A stretch of DNA of 62,717 nucleotides, the filler included, from Bonamia ostreae (taxonomy: Eukaryota), in the NCBI GenBank assembly GCA_040357525.1. It is 11 parts of 11 records of this genome, joined end to end, with 100 filler letters (N's around TTAATTAATTAA, not from the genome) between each part and the next. Parts side by side here need not be neighbours in the genome. Positions count along the whole stretch, not along the records: positions 23,020 to 28,638 come from JBDODL010000175.1; positions 28,739 to 34,356 come from JBDODL010000176.1; positions 34,457 to 40,040 come from JBDODL010000177.1; 8 more parts are not named here. One strand, 5' to 3'. Under the pieces are notes generated by a model, which was not told the origin of the DNA, did not search any database, and saw nothing but the letters and a program-made list of their open reading frames with translations. A program made the translations under genes and the position numbers. Each line of letters opens with the position of its first letter. The stretch's first letter is position 1. Below are positions 23,495 to 35,324 of the stretch, one piece after another.

Positions 23495-25354
23495 TTAAAA
23501 AGTTCTTTTCTGCGCCGCAATTCTATCAAGTAATCTCTCCTTTTTCTCAGATTCATTCAAATCCTCATTTTCCAATTTTGGCGCATCTTGGTCAATTTGG
23601 AGATTTTCAAAGTTCTCAAACGGCGAGACGTGGTCTGGACACTTATTCCCCGGAAGATAATCGCCCACGGGCAAAATCTTGCCAAAATTGAGACAATCAA
23701 AAACATATTGAGATTGGACATTTTCAAAATTGTCTTTAGTTTTGCTAGCAGAAAATAAAGGTCTGTCGGAAATTTTGTGCGTCAAAAGAGGTTTGATTTT
23801 GTCCATCTTATCGAAAACATTTGTCTCGATATAAATCTTGCCTCCGAGAGCTTTAATAATGTACTCCAAAACATCGTAAGGAGTTTCTTTCGACAAAAGA
23901 AAAACAAAATTGTGGAACAAATTGTTATTGGACTTTAAAGTAATGTTCTGTTCGAATTTTGGCGGATAGTCCATTTTTTGGTCTTTGTAAAGCTTATAAA
24001 CGACAAATTTTAATAATGTGTGATAAAATTCGAGAAAGGCGACCAGAGAATTGAAATCGATTTTTTTGTTCTCCAACTATTTTTTTAGCCATTTTTCAAC
24101 CAATTTGTAAAAAGTTTTGGAGCCATTGATAAAAAATTGGCTAAAACGTTTTGAGTAAATTTATGAGGTTTGAGCCACGTTATCGAATGGCCATCGATAT
24201 CGACTTGAAAATAAAATCCCTTTAGAGATATAAAGGATTTTCTGAGCCATCCTTTGATAGCCGTCAGATGCAAAAACTCGTCATAAAGTCTTTGCAAATC
24301 TTCGCTTTTTTCAGGCCCAAAGCCTTTTACGGCGCGAGCTGGGACAGACAAAAACAAGCAAATCAGAGTTAGCGGGTCGTCCATGTCTTCGAGCGCTTCT
24401 CCAAAAGTCGGGTAGCGCTCTTTGACCAGATGGTCGTAATTTATTGACGGTTTGCTCTTCTTGACCGAAAGCAAATCGGCTGTTGACTTAAAAAACGACA
24501 TTAGAAAATTTTAGGAAGAGAAGAAAAAAGACATTGGAAAAATAAGTTTAACGACGGCACATAAAAATAATAAGCCCCGTTGAGTAACCAGGCAGTGCCT
24601 GGCGCTTGCATCACTTTGCTATGGCCACCGACACTGAGTGCGATTGTCGCCTGCTAGTGTCAGCAAATCAACAGCTCGCACTTTCTGCGGTTAGGACCCG
24701 GGGACTTTCCCAAAGACTTTATGGACATAAAGCCTCTAGACAAGCTTTAATCTGTGCCGAGCGAAATATGTGAGCGGAAATGGTACGGAGAATTTACGGT
24801 TATATGTTTTGTTTACGGCATGGTTTTTCAAAATAGTATGGCTCCAGGGAACACTACAGTGATCAGGAATATGCCGAAATCGTACTTTGGAGCGGTCGCT
24901 CGACAAAGCGATTAATTTCCGACTCTCGTGGGCGACGCAGTATGAACTGGTCGCCGAAAATTGCGGTTCCAGTAATGTTGGAACCGCGAGCCGTTGCGAT
25001 TTTGAGTGTCAAAATAAAAACAAATTTTGAGCGGGCTTTGGTTTTTTTCTTGGAATAAGCTTTAATGTCTCTATATTTGGCCAGCACCGGTTCTCTGCTG
25101 ATGCAGTTGATGTCGCGTTTGTCTAAAGGTCTTTTTGGGAAACAGTAATATATTTTGGTTTTGCTGAATTTTCTGTTTTTGGGGACTTGAGGATAAATGC
25201 CCTTTAGAATACAAAGTTTCCTGAAATCGGTCATTGAGATTTGCAATTTTTTGATGGCGCGCGAACGGGAAATGTATTCGAGAGGTTTTGTTAAACCTAA
25301 AGAATGTTTGTTCAGCCTCTTTTTGCCTTTCTTTTTTCTCTGTGCGTGACCCAT
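23495..25354 (-). CDS. PES1: Pescadillo/Nop7 ribosome biogenesis factor, 4 exons
   Basis: YISRSRAIKKLQIS..DFRKLCILKGIYP, DHLVKERYPTF..AL.DMDDPL, FLEFYHTLLKFV.YKLY, BRCT domain, YLPG..CPDHVSPF. Introns 25123-25143, 24487-25021 and 24077-24147. Confidence 0.95.
24552..24763 (-). ncRNA. RMRP: RNase MRP RNA, intronic in PES1
   Basis: On the minus strand: CR-I GGAAAGTCCCCGG, P8 GCAGAAAGTGC (GARAR loop), CR-V ACTCAACGGGGCTTA (P4 partner), P1 CGGCACA/TGTGCCG, P2 GCTTG/CAAGC, P3 hairpin, and P19 CCAGGCA-C-TGCCTGG. Confidence 0.92.
24807..24997 (-). ncRNA. snR30: U17/snR30-like H/ACA snoRNA, intronic in PES1
   Basis: 3' hairpin CGGC-ATATTCCTG(m1)...AAACCAT(m2)-GCCG followed by ACA (24810-24812). H box AAAGTA (24883-24888). 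Multibranched 5' domain. The 5' end is approximate. Confidence 0.85.
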
Positions 25355-25424
25355 TTGTAGGTCAAGGTTTTGTTAATTTTATGATAAACTATATTCGATA
25401 AGTTTAAGTTGAAAATAGCAATTT

Positions 25425-26405
25425 TTAGCTTTTATGATTATTATGATTAGTCTTCCTTCTATGCCTTAAATTAGACTTTTTCAAATCTGCACAATAAACA
25501 GCCAATGAGTGAATGTCGCTCTTTGCATCGATATATTGCTTTTTCAGTTCAATGTTTTCTTTTCTGAGGAACCGTTTGTCGTGTTTGCTCACTTGCAACT
25601 TTTCTCTTAACCTTTTTATTAATTTTGCCACCGATTTCTTTCTTTCGTTTTTTTGGTGGCAAAACGATTCTCTTCTGCGGTACAAACTCAAATTTTCTCT
25701 ATCTTTTCTTTTCCTCTCTGTCTCAGCAAAAGCGCTTGATTGTTCATTTCTAGAATAGTCTCCATTTCTGATTTGTTCGGTTTCGGAAATCAGGCTCAGT
25801 TCGTCATCACTGTTTTCCTTGTGTTCCGACAATTTTTCTGCTCTGTTTGACATCAAGAATCGCTGATTTTCAATCCATTTTCGAGCCTCTCTCCACGTCT
25901 CAGAAGATTTTCGCTTTAAGTTGCCCAAATCAATTTTCAACGCGGCAACCTCGTCATCTCTAAGCTGCAATCTTGTTTTAATGGAGTCATTTTCTTTTTG
26001 CAATTCTCTATTTTTCTTCTCGTAATCGTCTAACTGTTTTCTCAGTTTGGCGTTTCTCTCTTTTTCTGAACTCGCTAATGCTTCAAGTGCAACATTTTTT
26101 CTTTCAAACTCTTTAACTTTTTCCAGAAAAAATAATTTGTCTGTGGTTCTTTTGTCTTCTGAAAAACTGTTGTTGCTCTGCACTTTCAGAGTTTCAATTT
26201 CTCGTCGAAGTTTTTTGATTTCTTCTGTTTCAGCGATTTTGTTTTTGAAAGACAAAACAGATTGTTTCGAACGAAAGGATTTTCTTTTGTCGAATTTTTT
26301 GCGTGTTTTTTTAAATAAATTGTTTTTCGATTTTGTTTTTGCGCTCTCTTCCGAGAAATCACTGTTACTGTTGCATAAATGGCATTTTTTCTTGCTTTTG
26401 GCCAT
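25425..26405 (-). CDS. Hypothetical coiled-coil protein
   Basis: 326-aa ORF with E/K/R-rich heptads. Confidence 0.6.
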   Translation of the reverse strand: MAKSKKKCHLCNSNSDFSEESAKTKSKNNLFKKTRKKFDKRKSFRSKQSVLSFKNKIAETEEIKKLRREIETLKVQSNNSFSEDKRTTDKLFFLEKVKEFERKNVALEALASSEKERNAKLRKQLDDYEKKNRELQKENDSIKTRLQLRDDEVAALKIDLGNLKRKSSETWREARKWIENQRFLMSNRAEKLSEHKENSDDELSLISETEQIRNGDYSRNEQSSAFAETERKRKDRENLSLYRRRESFCHQKNERKKSVAKLIKRLREKLQVSKHDKRFLRKENIELKKQYIDAKSDIHSLAVYCADLKKSNLRHRRKTNHNNHKS

Positions 26406-27418
26406 GTTTTTAACTATTCAAACGGAGAATTTATAGTAAAACGCTTAACAGAATGTTATCTTGCCTCAAAGGAAATTCTCCCAAAAATGGTAACAATGGA
26501 GAAAACGGTAAATTTTCATTACCGAATTTATTAAGAACAAAGTTCTGCTGACGTTGAATCCAACGAAGAAATGATACGGAAAAGAAATGTTATCTTTGAA
26601 AAATTTAAACGAATCGTCAAAAAGCGCAAGGAACAGAAAGCGAAAGATTATATGAAGAAAATCGATATTGTAGAAATCGAAGAAAAGATTAAATAGTAAA
26701 TTGATACACATTTATTAATACAATTTTGGAGTTTTCAGGAAATAGTCAGACCTTCTGTTATGATTCCACCGAAAACAGTCAATACATAAAACAGACAAAA
26801 GTATAAAAATGTCGACAATAAGAATCAACACTGCTATCATTAAAATTATAGTTTGAATATCCATTATTATTGTGGCAAATATATGTTTGTGTTTATGCTG
26901 TATATTTTAAATATTTTTTTTATTTGCTACAATGGTTATCATAAATTAAAATTAGATTCTCGTTGTTCGTCCTGTAAAAATATTCAAATTTAAATATTCA
27001 AATTATTATTTTTAATTTTACTTTATTTCCACTTGGACTCAAATAAATAATAATATTCAAAACCTTTTTGGTTTTGAATATTTATCAAATAAATCGCGTA
27101 AATGACATTGAAGATGATAAAGACAAAATCGAAAAAAGTGAACTTGGGTGCAAAAAGAAGCAAAAATAAATCCAAATACGAAAAGAAATCACGCAAAAAA
27201 GAATTAAAAGAGCTCAAAAACTGAAAAACAAAATATATTGTTCATCAACTTTTGTGTAAACAAATTTGAATATACTTTCAAAAATAAATTCGCAAAAATG
27301 TTCAAATTTTATCGTGATATCAACTTTAATAAGAGATAAAATTTTGTTGTTAATAAATATTGTTACAATCTAAAAAATCGTTAATAAATATTGTTAATAG
27401 ACAATTTTCGCAAGTCAT

Positions 27419-27646
27419 TTAATAAACTACAACATTGAAGCATTTTAAGTAAAATAGGTAACCAACGCAAATTAACAAACATAAAATCACAACGACGATT
27501 GCTGCTATCGAAAAATAAAAGAGGACGTCGGTAAAGTTATCTTCTGGCATTATCGAATTTTTATCTTGATTAGGAAAATAATCTACATCAATTTCATCAA
27601 AGGTTTTACATGTGCACAATGTAAGTGTAATCAAAAATGAAAGCAT
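27419..27646 (-). CDS. Small hypothetical single-pass membrane protein with a signal peptide
   Basis: MLSFLITLTLCTC followed by a C-terminal TM segment. Confidence 0.4.
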   Translation of the reverse strand: MLSFLITLTLCTCKTFDEIDVDYFPNQDKNSIMPEDNFTDVLFYFSIAAIVVVILCLLICVGYLFYLKCFNVVVY

Positions 27647-28839
27647 TTGGCTTTTAGAATACAAAAATGAAATCATGTTAAATTATCACAAAAATTAAAT
27701 TTTTATTACTAAAAAACATTTTCTCTTTTTTATTACTAGAAAACAAGTAATAAAAATTAACAGATTTTTAACTATTCTCCCCATTTTTTAACTTTTCGTC
27801 TCTTTAATATTGAGACCTTCGTCTTCTAGAGGATTTTTACCACATTTATCGACAATTCTTTATTTTTTTAGCGACCATTGTAACAGGAAAATCATTCAAT
27901 GTTTGTTCTCCCGGAAATGATTCCATGGAAATGGTTTCTTGCTTTTCTTGACACGGAAATCATTTATAAAGATTTCTCTTGTTTTGGAGTTTTTTCGTCT
28001 TTCCGATCTTCCAACCATCTTTTTGAGGAATTTATGTAAATCTCAACTTTCAATTTCATTACAGAATTTTTGATGAAGAGAGCAGAATCAATTTTTTCAT
28101 ATTTTAATCATATTTTTAGTTTTTCCTTTTATATTAATTTAACAATTTGTATTTTCACTTTGAAATAATAAGATTATTTTATTTTTTTTATAAAGTTCTA
28201 ACCATTAGAAAAATTTAAAATCGGATAAACAAAATTATAAATAATAAAATAACAAATAACATTAAACCGAGAAAATAAAGCCAGAATGAAAAAATTTAAT
28301 TTTGAAAAAAACGACAAAACAAAGTCAAAAATTTCAAAACAAAGTTTTTGATGATATAAATAAAAGTATCTTTAACAAAGACAAGATCTTTGTCAAAAGA
28401 AAAAAACCAATTAACTAAAAATCTGGAAACAGAAAAGAAGATGCGAACAAAAAATAAAACACACACAACAACAAACAAAGTACTTTATAATTAATTAATA
28501 GACACAACAAAACAAACAACGAACACAAATTAAAAACAAAAACACACAACATACACAAAACAACAAAATTTCAGGGACTGAACAAACACAGATCTCGACA
28601 AAAGAGCACAAAAACGCAAAAGACAAAATCAAAACAAANNNNNNNNNNNNNNNNNNNNNNNNNNNNNNNNNNNNNNNNNNNNTTAATTAATTAANNNNNN
28701 NNNNNNNNNNNNNNNNNNNNNNNNNNNNNNNNNNNNNNCACAAAGTAGATAAATTAATGGATGCAAAGTAATTACAAGTTAACCAAGAAATTAAATAAAT
28801 TAAATGGAATTGAATGTATAATTATTACTTTAAATATTA

Positions 28840-29361
28840 AAAATTTACTATAAATCGACATCTTATTGATTTGGGGGCTTTGAAAGAATTTATCATCGAA
28901 AATCTATTTGATTGATAACAAAGAATATTTTTTTATCAATATTTTTAATTTTTAAAATGCATCTTTTATTACATTTTCGATTGGCTCCAGTGTCAGTTCT
29001 TTTTTGCGATTTAAGAAAGGATTTTTTAAAAATTTGGAATCAGTCTTTCTGTCTTCGCCATTAACTTGTAAATTGAATTTTTCTTATTTTAACTCCAGAA
29101 TTTCTATTTTTTCAGATTCAGTTAAATCTTTCTTCTTTCCCATGAGATAATTCTTAGTTGAAAAAGAGGGTGTAATAAAGTGGCACGTTTATTTAGCCGA
29201 AATATTCAAAAATATTAAATTTGTATTTTCAGCTAAAAATAGCTTTTCCAAAAAAATTTTATCGTTCAAAAATATTTAAATTTTAAAAAAATTTTAAAAT
29301 GCCCCCTCATTGTCATCTTAAAGCAAAAATATATGGGTATAATAAAGAGGCACGGTCTGTA
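28840..29361 (-). mobile_element. Degenerate Tc1/mariner (IR/DR type) transposon end and transposase pseudogene
   Basis: Minus strand begins TA|CAGACCGTGCC. 20-nt direct repeats at 29335-29354 and 29168-29187. ATG at 29143 gives MGKKKDLTESEKIEILELK* with stops and frameshifts. Confidence 0.72.
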
Positions 29362-29429
29362 CATAAATAATTGGATATTGGTATTTCAAAAATATTATTT
29401 TAATTAATACTCTAATAATTTTTTGGATA

Positions 29430-30424
29430 ATGTGTTACCATAAATGGATTTCAATAATTTTCATTATCGCTGTTTTCGACTTCTGGAAAAACGAAGGTCT
29501 TTTTAAAAGTTTTTTGAAAATTTTCCAAAGCGAGATTTGAGGGGAATTGGATCAAAAAACATTTTTCTCGTGTTTACGTGATAACACTTCCAGAAAGAAA
29601 GAAACGGATGAAAAACGTCATGTCCAAACTAAAAATCGATCCAATCTTTATCGATTCCGTTTTAGCTGTTTTTAACATTCTTGAAACATTAATAGATTTT
29701 ACAATTTTTGAACTATTAAATTAATAGAAAGATCTGGAAAGTACACCAAAAGAAGAATTTGTGAAAAGGGGGATAATTACTTCTGACGCGAAAATAAAAA
29801 TGTCGGAACTCGCATGCGCGCTGTCTCACATTAAAACATTAATGCACTTTGTAGACGAAAATACAAAAAATTGCTTGATTTTGGAAGACGACATCGATTC
29901 AAATTTTAACTTGGAAACTCTGAAGAACAAACTTTCAGATATTTTCGAACATTTGAAAGGAAGTTATCAATTCTTAAATTTTGGGAGATGTTTTGGCAAT
30001 TGCTGCTTTGATCGCAAAATTTCAGACAATCTCGCCGAGTGCATCAAGCCATTCTGCTTGTTTTTACACTTAAATTTTATTATTTGAAATCTCTCAATTT
30101 TTAATATTTGTCCATTTTTCGTCTCCGAAAGGAGACATTTTGAGAATAAAAACCCTTTATTTAATCTCCATTTTTCGTTTATTATTTTTAATAAACATTT
30201 ATTCGTGAAGGCATGCTTATAGCGTATCGAGTGAATACGCCAAACTTATTTTAAAAGAAATATTTCCTCTGAGCAAACCGTTAGATTACGAGATATTAAA
30301 TCTGAAAAAAAGATATAGAACAAGATTTTACTGTTCGACACCCTGGCTCTTTGTCCAGAAAAGAGAGGAAGTGCCCTCTACACTACGAGACGGACAAACT
30401 GATCTTCCCGAGTGCATTTGTTAA
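29430..30424 (+). CDS. Glycosyltransferase family 25-like protein, multi-exon
   Basis: N-terminal TM segment, VYVITLPERKKRM, ELACALSH, LILEDD, and LHAYSVS after intron 30060-30210. Confidence 0.75.
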
Positions 30425-30548
30425 TAAATTCGACGATTTTCTTTAAAATTCTGTTTTTACAAAATTGCTGATTTGAAAAATTTTTAAAAATGGGAATGTT
30501 TAAATATGAACAGTTTTATAAAAAATAACTTTAAAAAATTGACAAAAA

Positions 30549-31896
30549 TTATAAATTTAATCCTATCACATCCAATTTTTCGATGAAGCACTGATTCCGC
30601 AAAATTTTACTCAAATTCGGCACTGTTCTCCCCTTTTTATATAAAAGTTTGAACAATAAACTCTGTCTCCGTGTACAAATTCTTTGATGTATGTACCAGA
30701 ATCGCTTTCCAGCTCCATTAAAAGTAAATTCGATTTTAGTAATTTGGCTGATAAAATCTTTATCCATTTCTTTCTTTTCAGAAGTACTCGTCTTTTTGTT
30801 TATTGACAGAAAAAAAACCGGTGGAGCACTCTAATCGGCGTTTTTTGTTTTAAATCGATTTTCTTTTTCACAAAATTTTCTAATTCGTCCAATTTTGTAA
30901 TATTTTGTTTAATCTTCGCAGTGAAACTAAGATGTATTTAAAAACGAGTAAATTTTCGATTTGCAGATGTTCTTTTTTACTTGATCGATGTCTTTTTGTG
31001 AAGCAAGTCTAAATTTGGAAATTTGCACTTGATTTTTCCATTTTTTGTTTATTTTGTTGCACAAATTGTCCAAAATTTTTTTTTGAAATTTTGAGACGTC
31101 TTTTTTCGAGTTTTTCAGTTCTATTAAAAATGGTCGCCCTTCGCCAAGCATTTTTACATCGACATCTTCTCTTCCCAAACTGGAAAACGAATATTTTTCA
31201 GATTCGGTAAATTTTACAAAATCGTTTGAGCAAATCTCTTCAATCGATGTAGCAACTTTTAAATCGCCAACAAATCCTTTGGAGTGGCTAATGTTTCTGA
31301 TTGTTTTTATGTAATTCCCCGTTAAATAAATTGGATTTCTTGTGATTTCCCATTTGATTTCTATATCAGCGATTTTTCTCTCGTTTAGAAAAGCGATAAT
31401 CCTTTTAAATTTAGAAAATGATCGATTCAAAACTTTTCCATGTTGATTAAAATACCGTTTTCGTTTCTATGAACATCATTTTTGCTAAAATTTTTCTTTT
31501 TGTTTTCGCCGATTAGACCAAAAATATGCTTTACCTCTTTTTGGTCGTTTTTGTATTCAAAAACGGCGTTTATGATGACATCTGACTTAAAAATTTGATT
31601 TTAAAACGTTTTTATTGTGTTTGAAACCCGTTTCTTTTTCAACATTACTAATAACCAAATTCCGGATATCACTATAATCATATTTATTAAAACTCTTTGG
31701 TATGTACATGCTGGATTTCGTCTTCAATAACAGTCACAACGGGCAATAGGATTCCAGTGGAGAAATCACATATTTCAAAATCGTTCTTTTTTTTTAATTT
31801 TTTTACCTTTTTAAATCTGTTTTTATCTAACAACGGCGATTTTAGCATTTCCAAAATGCAGCTTTTTAAGGTCCGACTCAATTTCGGTTTGTTCAT
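30549..31896 (-). CDS. PUS10: tRNA pseudouridine synthase Pus10, multi-exon
   Basis: GNYIKTIRNISHS, GREDVDVKMLGEGRPF, QKTPIRVLHR, GTYIKEFVHGD and RTVPNL...LDV. Confidence 0.9.
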
Positions 31897-32211
31897 TTTG
31901 TCTAAATATAAAAAATAGTGAAAAAGAACGTTTTTAATCGATAAATGAAAGAAATGAATCGATATGAAAATAGAAATTTTTATATTATCTCGATAATATA
32001 AAACAAATTTTTAATATAAAATAGTGAAATTCTGTTCCTATCCCAAAAATTCTGTTCCTATCCCTGTAAATAAGTTAAAATCGCAAATCGATGTCATTGC
32101 GACATCACCTCTTTAATATAAATAAACGATTTGTGATTTTTAAAACAAAAAAGCGTTTACGAATAATAATATGAACATCTCTGTTAAAATACTCCAAGCA
32201 ACAAAACAAGA

Positions 32212-34356
32212 ATGAAAGATTTGAATAAAAGATTTTTGCCTTTGTTTAGGCATCTTCTAAAGGCGAGCAAAATTAATCCTGACGAGTTTATTAATTGCGG
32301 CGCCAATTTTACGATAGTTTCATTATTTTAAAAAGGATTTTAATGAACGGCAACATGAATATCTGGATTGCTCTCATTCTTTTGTGCCTTATTCTGTTAA
32401 TGGTACTTCTCAAAAAAGTAGCCTTCTCGTTCAAAAAAGACGCTGCTTTAATTTTTGTGAAAAAAGTAATCGTTATTTTCTTCTCGATTTTGACAATGTT
32501 TTAGATATTAAATTTTTCAAGTGCTCTTTCAATCATTGGCTTGTATCTTTACATAAAATTAATTAATCTGATCGTCGGCAAAAAGTCAATAATAAACTCC
32601 ATTAAAAACATCTTCGGAAAATATGCATCGATAAGTGAAAATGTTATCGATATTTCTAACTTTGCAAAGTTTTATTGCTGCATCACATAAACATTTAAAA
32701 AGAGGAGATTCATTGAAAATGATATCAGACTCTTTCACTAAATTAATCAATGTGATTGATAAAGTGTCGAATGATATTGAAAAACTATTGAAATCATTGT
32801 TTCGAGCTAACATATTAAATTTATTGTACGACGATACCTTTGAGATTTTAAAATTCAACCATGTTTTAAAAAAAAATCAAAGTCGAGTGTTTTTGCAAAT
32901 GTGAAATTTGCTATAAAGGAAACTAGAGATTTTTTATTCAACATTAATTCCAATGTTAAAGTTTTTAAAGTTGTCTTAAAAGAGTTATATGACTTTGGTA
33001 AATGAAATCAATTTAGTTTTGATAGAGATATTCAAAAGTATTAATTCTATAGACGACCTTCTTTTTAATGTGGTGAAATCTTTGCCTTTCTTTATTTTCA
33101 ATTTTGCTGTGTTTCAATATAGTATTTTTGTTATTTTCTCAGTGTGTTTTATTTTTAACGTCAATTTTTTTTCTAAATTCAGGTATTTTTTGATAAAAGT
33201 TAGGATGATATTTCCGATATTCGTTCATCTGTTGTTTTATTTTATCTTTATGCTCGCAAAATATGCGATTTTTGAAAAATTTATTGCAGCTTGTAGTATT
33301 GTGGAAGGTTTGTTGTCCAAAATTTGCTTAGAATTTGAAAGAGATGTTTATGAATTCAAATATCTATTTGTTGGAGAGGAATATTTTAAAGGTAGTGACA
33401 ATTGCTTTGCACATTGGAAAAGCACTAGTTTTGGTAACAGTGGGGATATTAACAGACTCCTAACCATTGCCAATGGTTGCGTGCTCCACGAGGATTATAA
33501 TTTTATTGATGTTTCAATGATTTTTGTCTTATAATTTTTGCATATTAACTTTGAAGTTATTGTTAAAACACCACTGTGCTTGTTACTTAATAAAAATGAA
33601 GAAACGACAGAATGTGCTCGGAATAGACGAAGAACAAATATATTATTATTTAGATATTGCGATGACTTTTATAAACCGATTTAGAAATATGGTTTTGGAA
33701 ACCGAATTAGAGTTTTAATTTAATAAAAAGAGAAAGTAGATTGATAGAAATAATTTTTGGGGAAATTAAAAGGGACACATTGAGTTTATATGAAGATTTA
33801 TCTATACTAACTCCCGGCAAACTCGACTTAAAGAAAAAATTGGAAGAAGCGAATTCATGTGGAATTTTGAATGAAAGCTATGTAAACATAAGGGATATAC
33901 TATGCTTTGAGTTACCTAGGTTTCTGTATGCGTCGGCTTTTGTTGATCTTTGCTTGCTATTGGTGTTTGTTATGAATCCAGCGACTATATAAATGAAAGA
34001 TTATTTTATTTCGCATCTCAGAATTAAGTGGATATCCCGTCCTGATTTGTTTTAGATGAGTCCATCGTCAATTTTCATAAATACACTAATACCGATACTT
34101 CACATTTTCTCCATTTATATCATTTTTTGGTGCTATCCAAAATTTGGAATTATTTTTAAAAATTATTCGGTATATTTGTGGGGACAAACGGAACTTTAAA
34201 AATATTAATGGACATAGACTTTCAGAGAATGAGAAATTTATGGACATAGAAATTTTAATGTATGGAAAATCGACCACAATTCTTGTTACAAAACATGAAA
34301 ATTCTCATCCGAAAATCGATCTTTACATTTCCGGTAAAAATGGCCAAGTAAAAATG
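32212..34356 (+). CDS. Large hypothetical multi-exon protein
   Basis: Successive + strand ORFs can be joined by tiny introns (e.g. gttttaatttaataaaaag, about 33712-33730); no family recognised. Confidence 0.4.
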
Positions 34357-34519
34357 NNNNNNNNNNNNNNNNNNNNNNNNNNNNNNNNNNNNNNNNNNNN
34401 TTAATTAATTAANNNNNNNNNNNNNNNNNNNNNNNNNNNNNNNNNNNNNNNNNNNNTCTGATTATAGATTTCAATAATTAATTGCTAAATTTCGAGATCA
34501 TTTTTACGTTTCATTAAAG

Positions 34520-34743
34520 AATCGAAAAGTAGAGCTTCAGAACTAATATTGTGGACATTTCCAGAATTGACTTTAAAAACTCGATTGCCAGGTCATTCTC
34601 AGAGAGTTCTGGGAATTTCAGCTAACTCTGAGAAAACGTTGGTCGCGTCTGCGGGATGTGACGAGTCGATAAGAGTTTGGAGATTGAATTCTGAAAAAAG
34701 ACAAAATTTTGAAAATGTCCAATATAAAAATGTTTTTAGATGA
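34520..34743 (+). CDS. CDC20: Cdc20/Fizzy-family WD40 APC/C activator, last exon only
   Basis: LWTFPEL...LPGHSQRVL...VASAGCDESIRVW, ending in an IR-tail-like FR. Confidence 0.7.
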
Positions 34744-35324
34744 AAGTTGCTAAATTTTTTATTTTATTTTCTATTTATTTCATAACTCTTTTTTACAATT
34801 TGCAATTCTTTTTTATAATACAATTTTCTCTTGGACGAAATAGAATTTAAAAATGATATTTTCAAAGTTTTAGCTCTTATTTAATCTGAACTCTTCATTT
34901 CTTTCTTCGACAAAAACTTTGCAATTTAATAAACGACGAACAATTTTGTTCAATTTTAAAAACACTCAAAAAACAAAAATACAGAAAATATCCAGATCAC
35001 TAAACAATGTTCCGCTTCGATAAAAATGTTCTGAAAATGATTTTGCACAAATTGTTTTAAGTTATAAATAGAAGAATGATTAAAATTCAATAAAAAACAT
35101 CATTGAAGCAAAAATACAAAATGAAGAGATTTAAATTTAAAAAATGATTTGGCTAATAAAAAGTTTAAAATTGACGAAAAAATAAGTTTTTGTAAAATTA
35201 ACAAAAATCAATTTTTATTAAAATAACGAAAAATTAAACTGATAAAATTTAATGTTACAATAAAAATTTTTAATTCAATTTTTACAGTCAAAAAACCAAA
35301 ACAGCTTATTAGCGAAAATAAAAA

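Noticed and set aside
24838-25010. U1- or U2-like reading of the upstream intronic RNA (GATCA, TGTAGT, ATTTTG words)
   Set aside because: The m1/m2 motifs, H box and ACA box explain it much better as U17/snR30.
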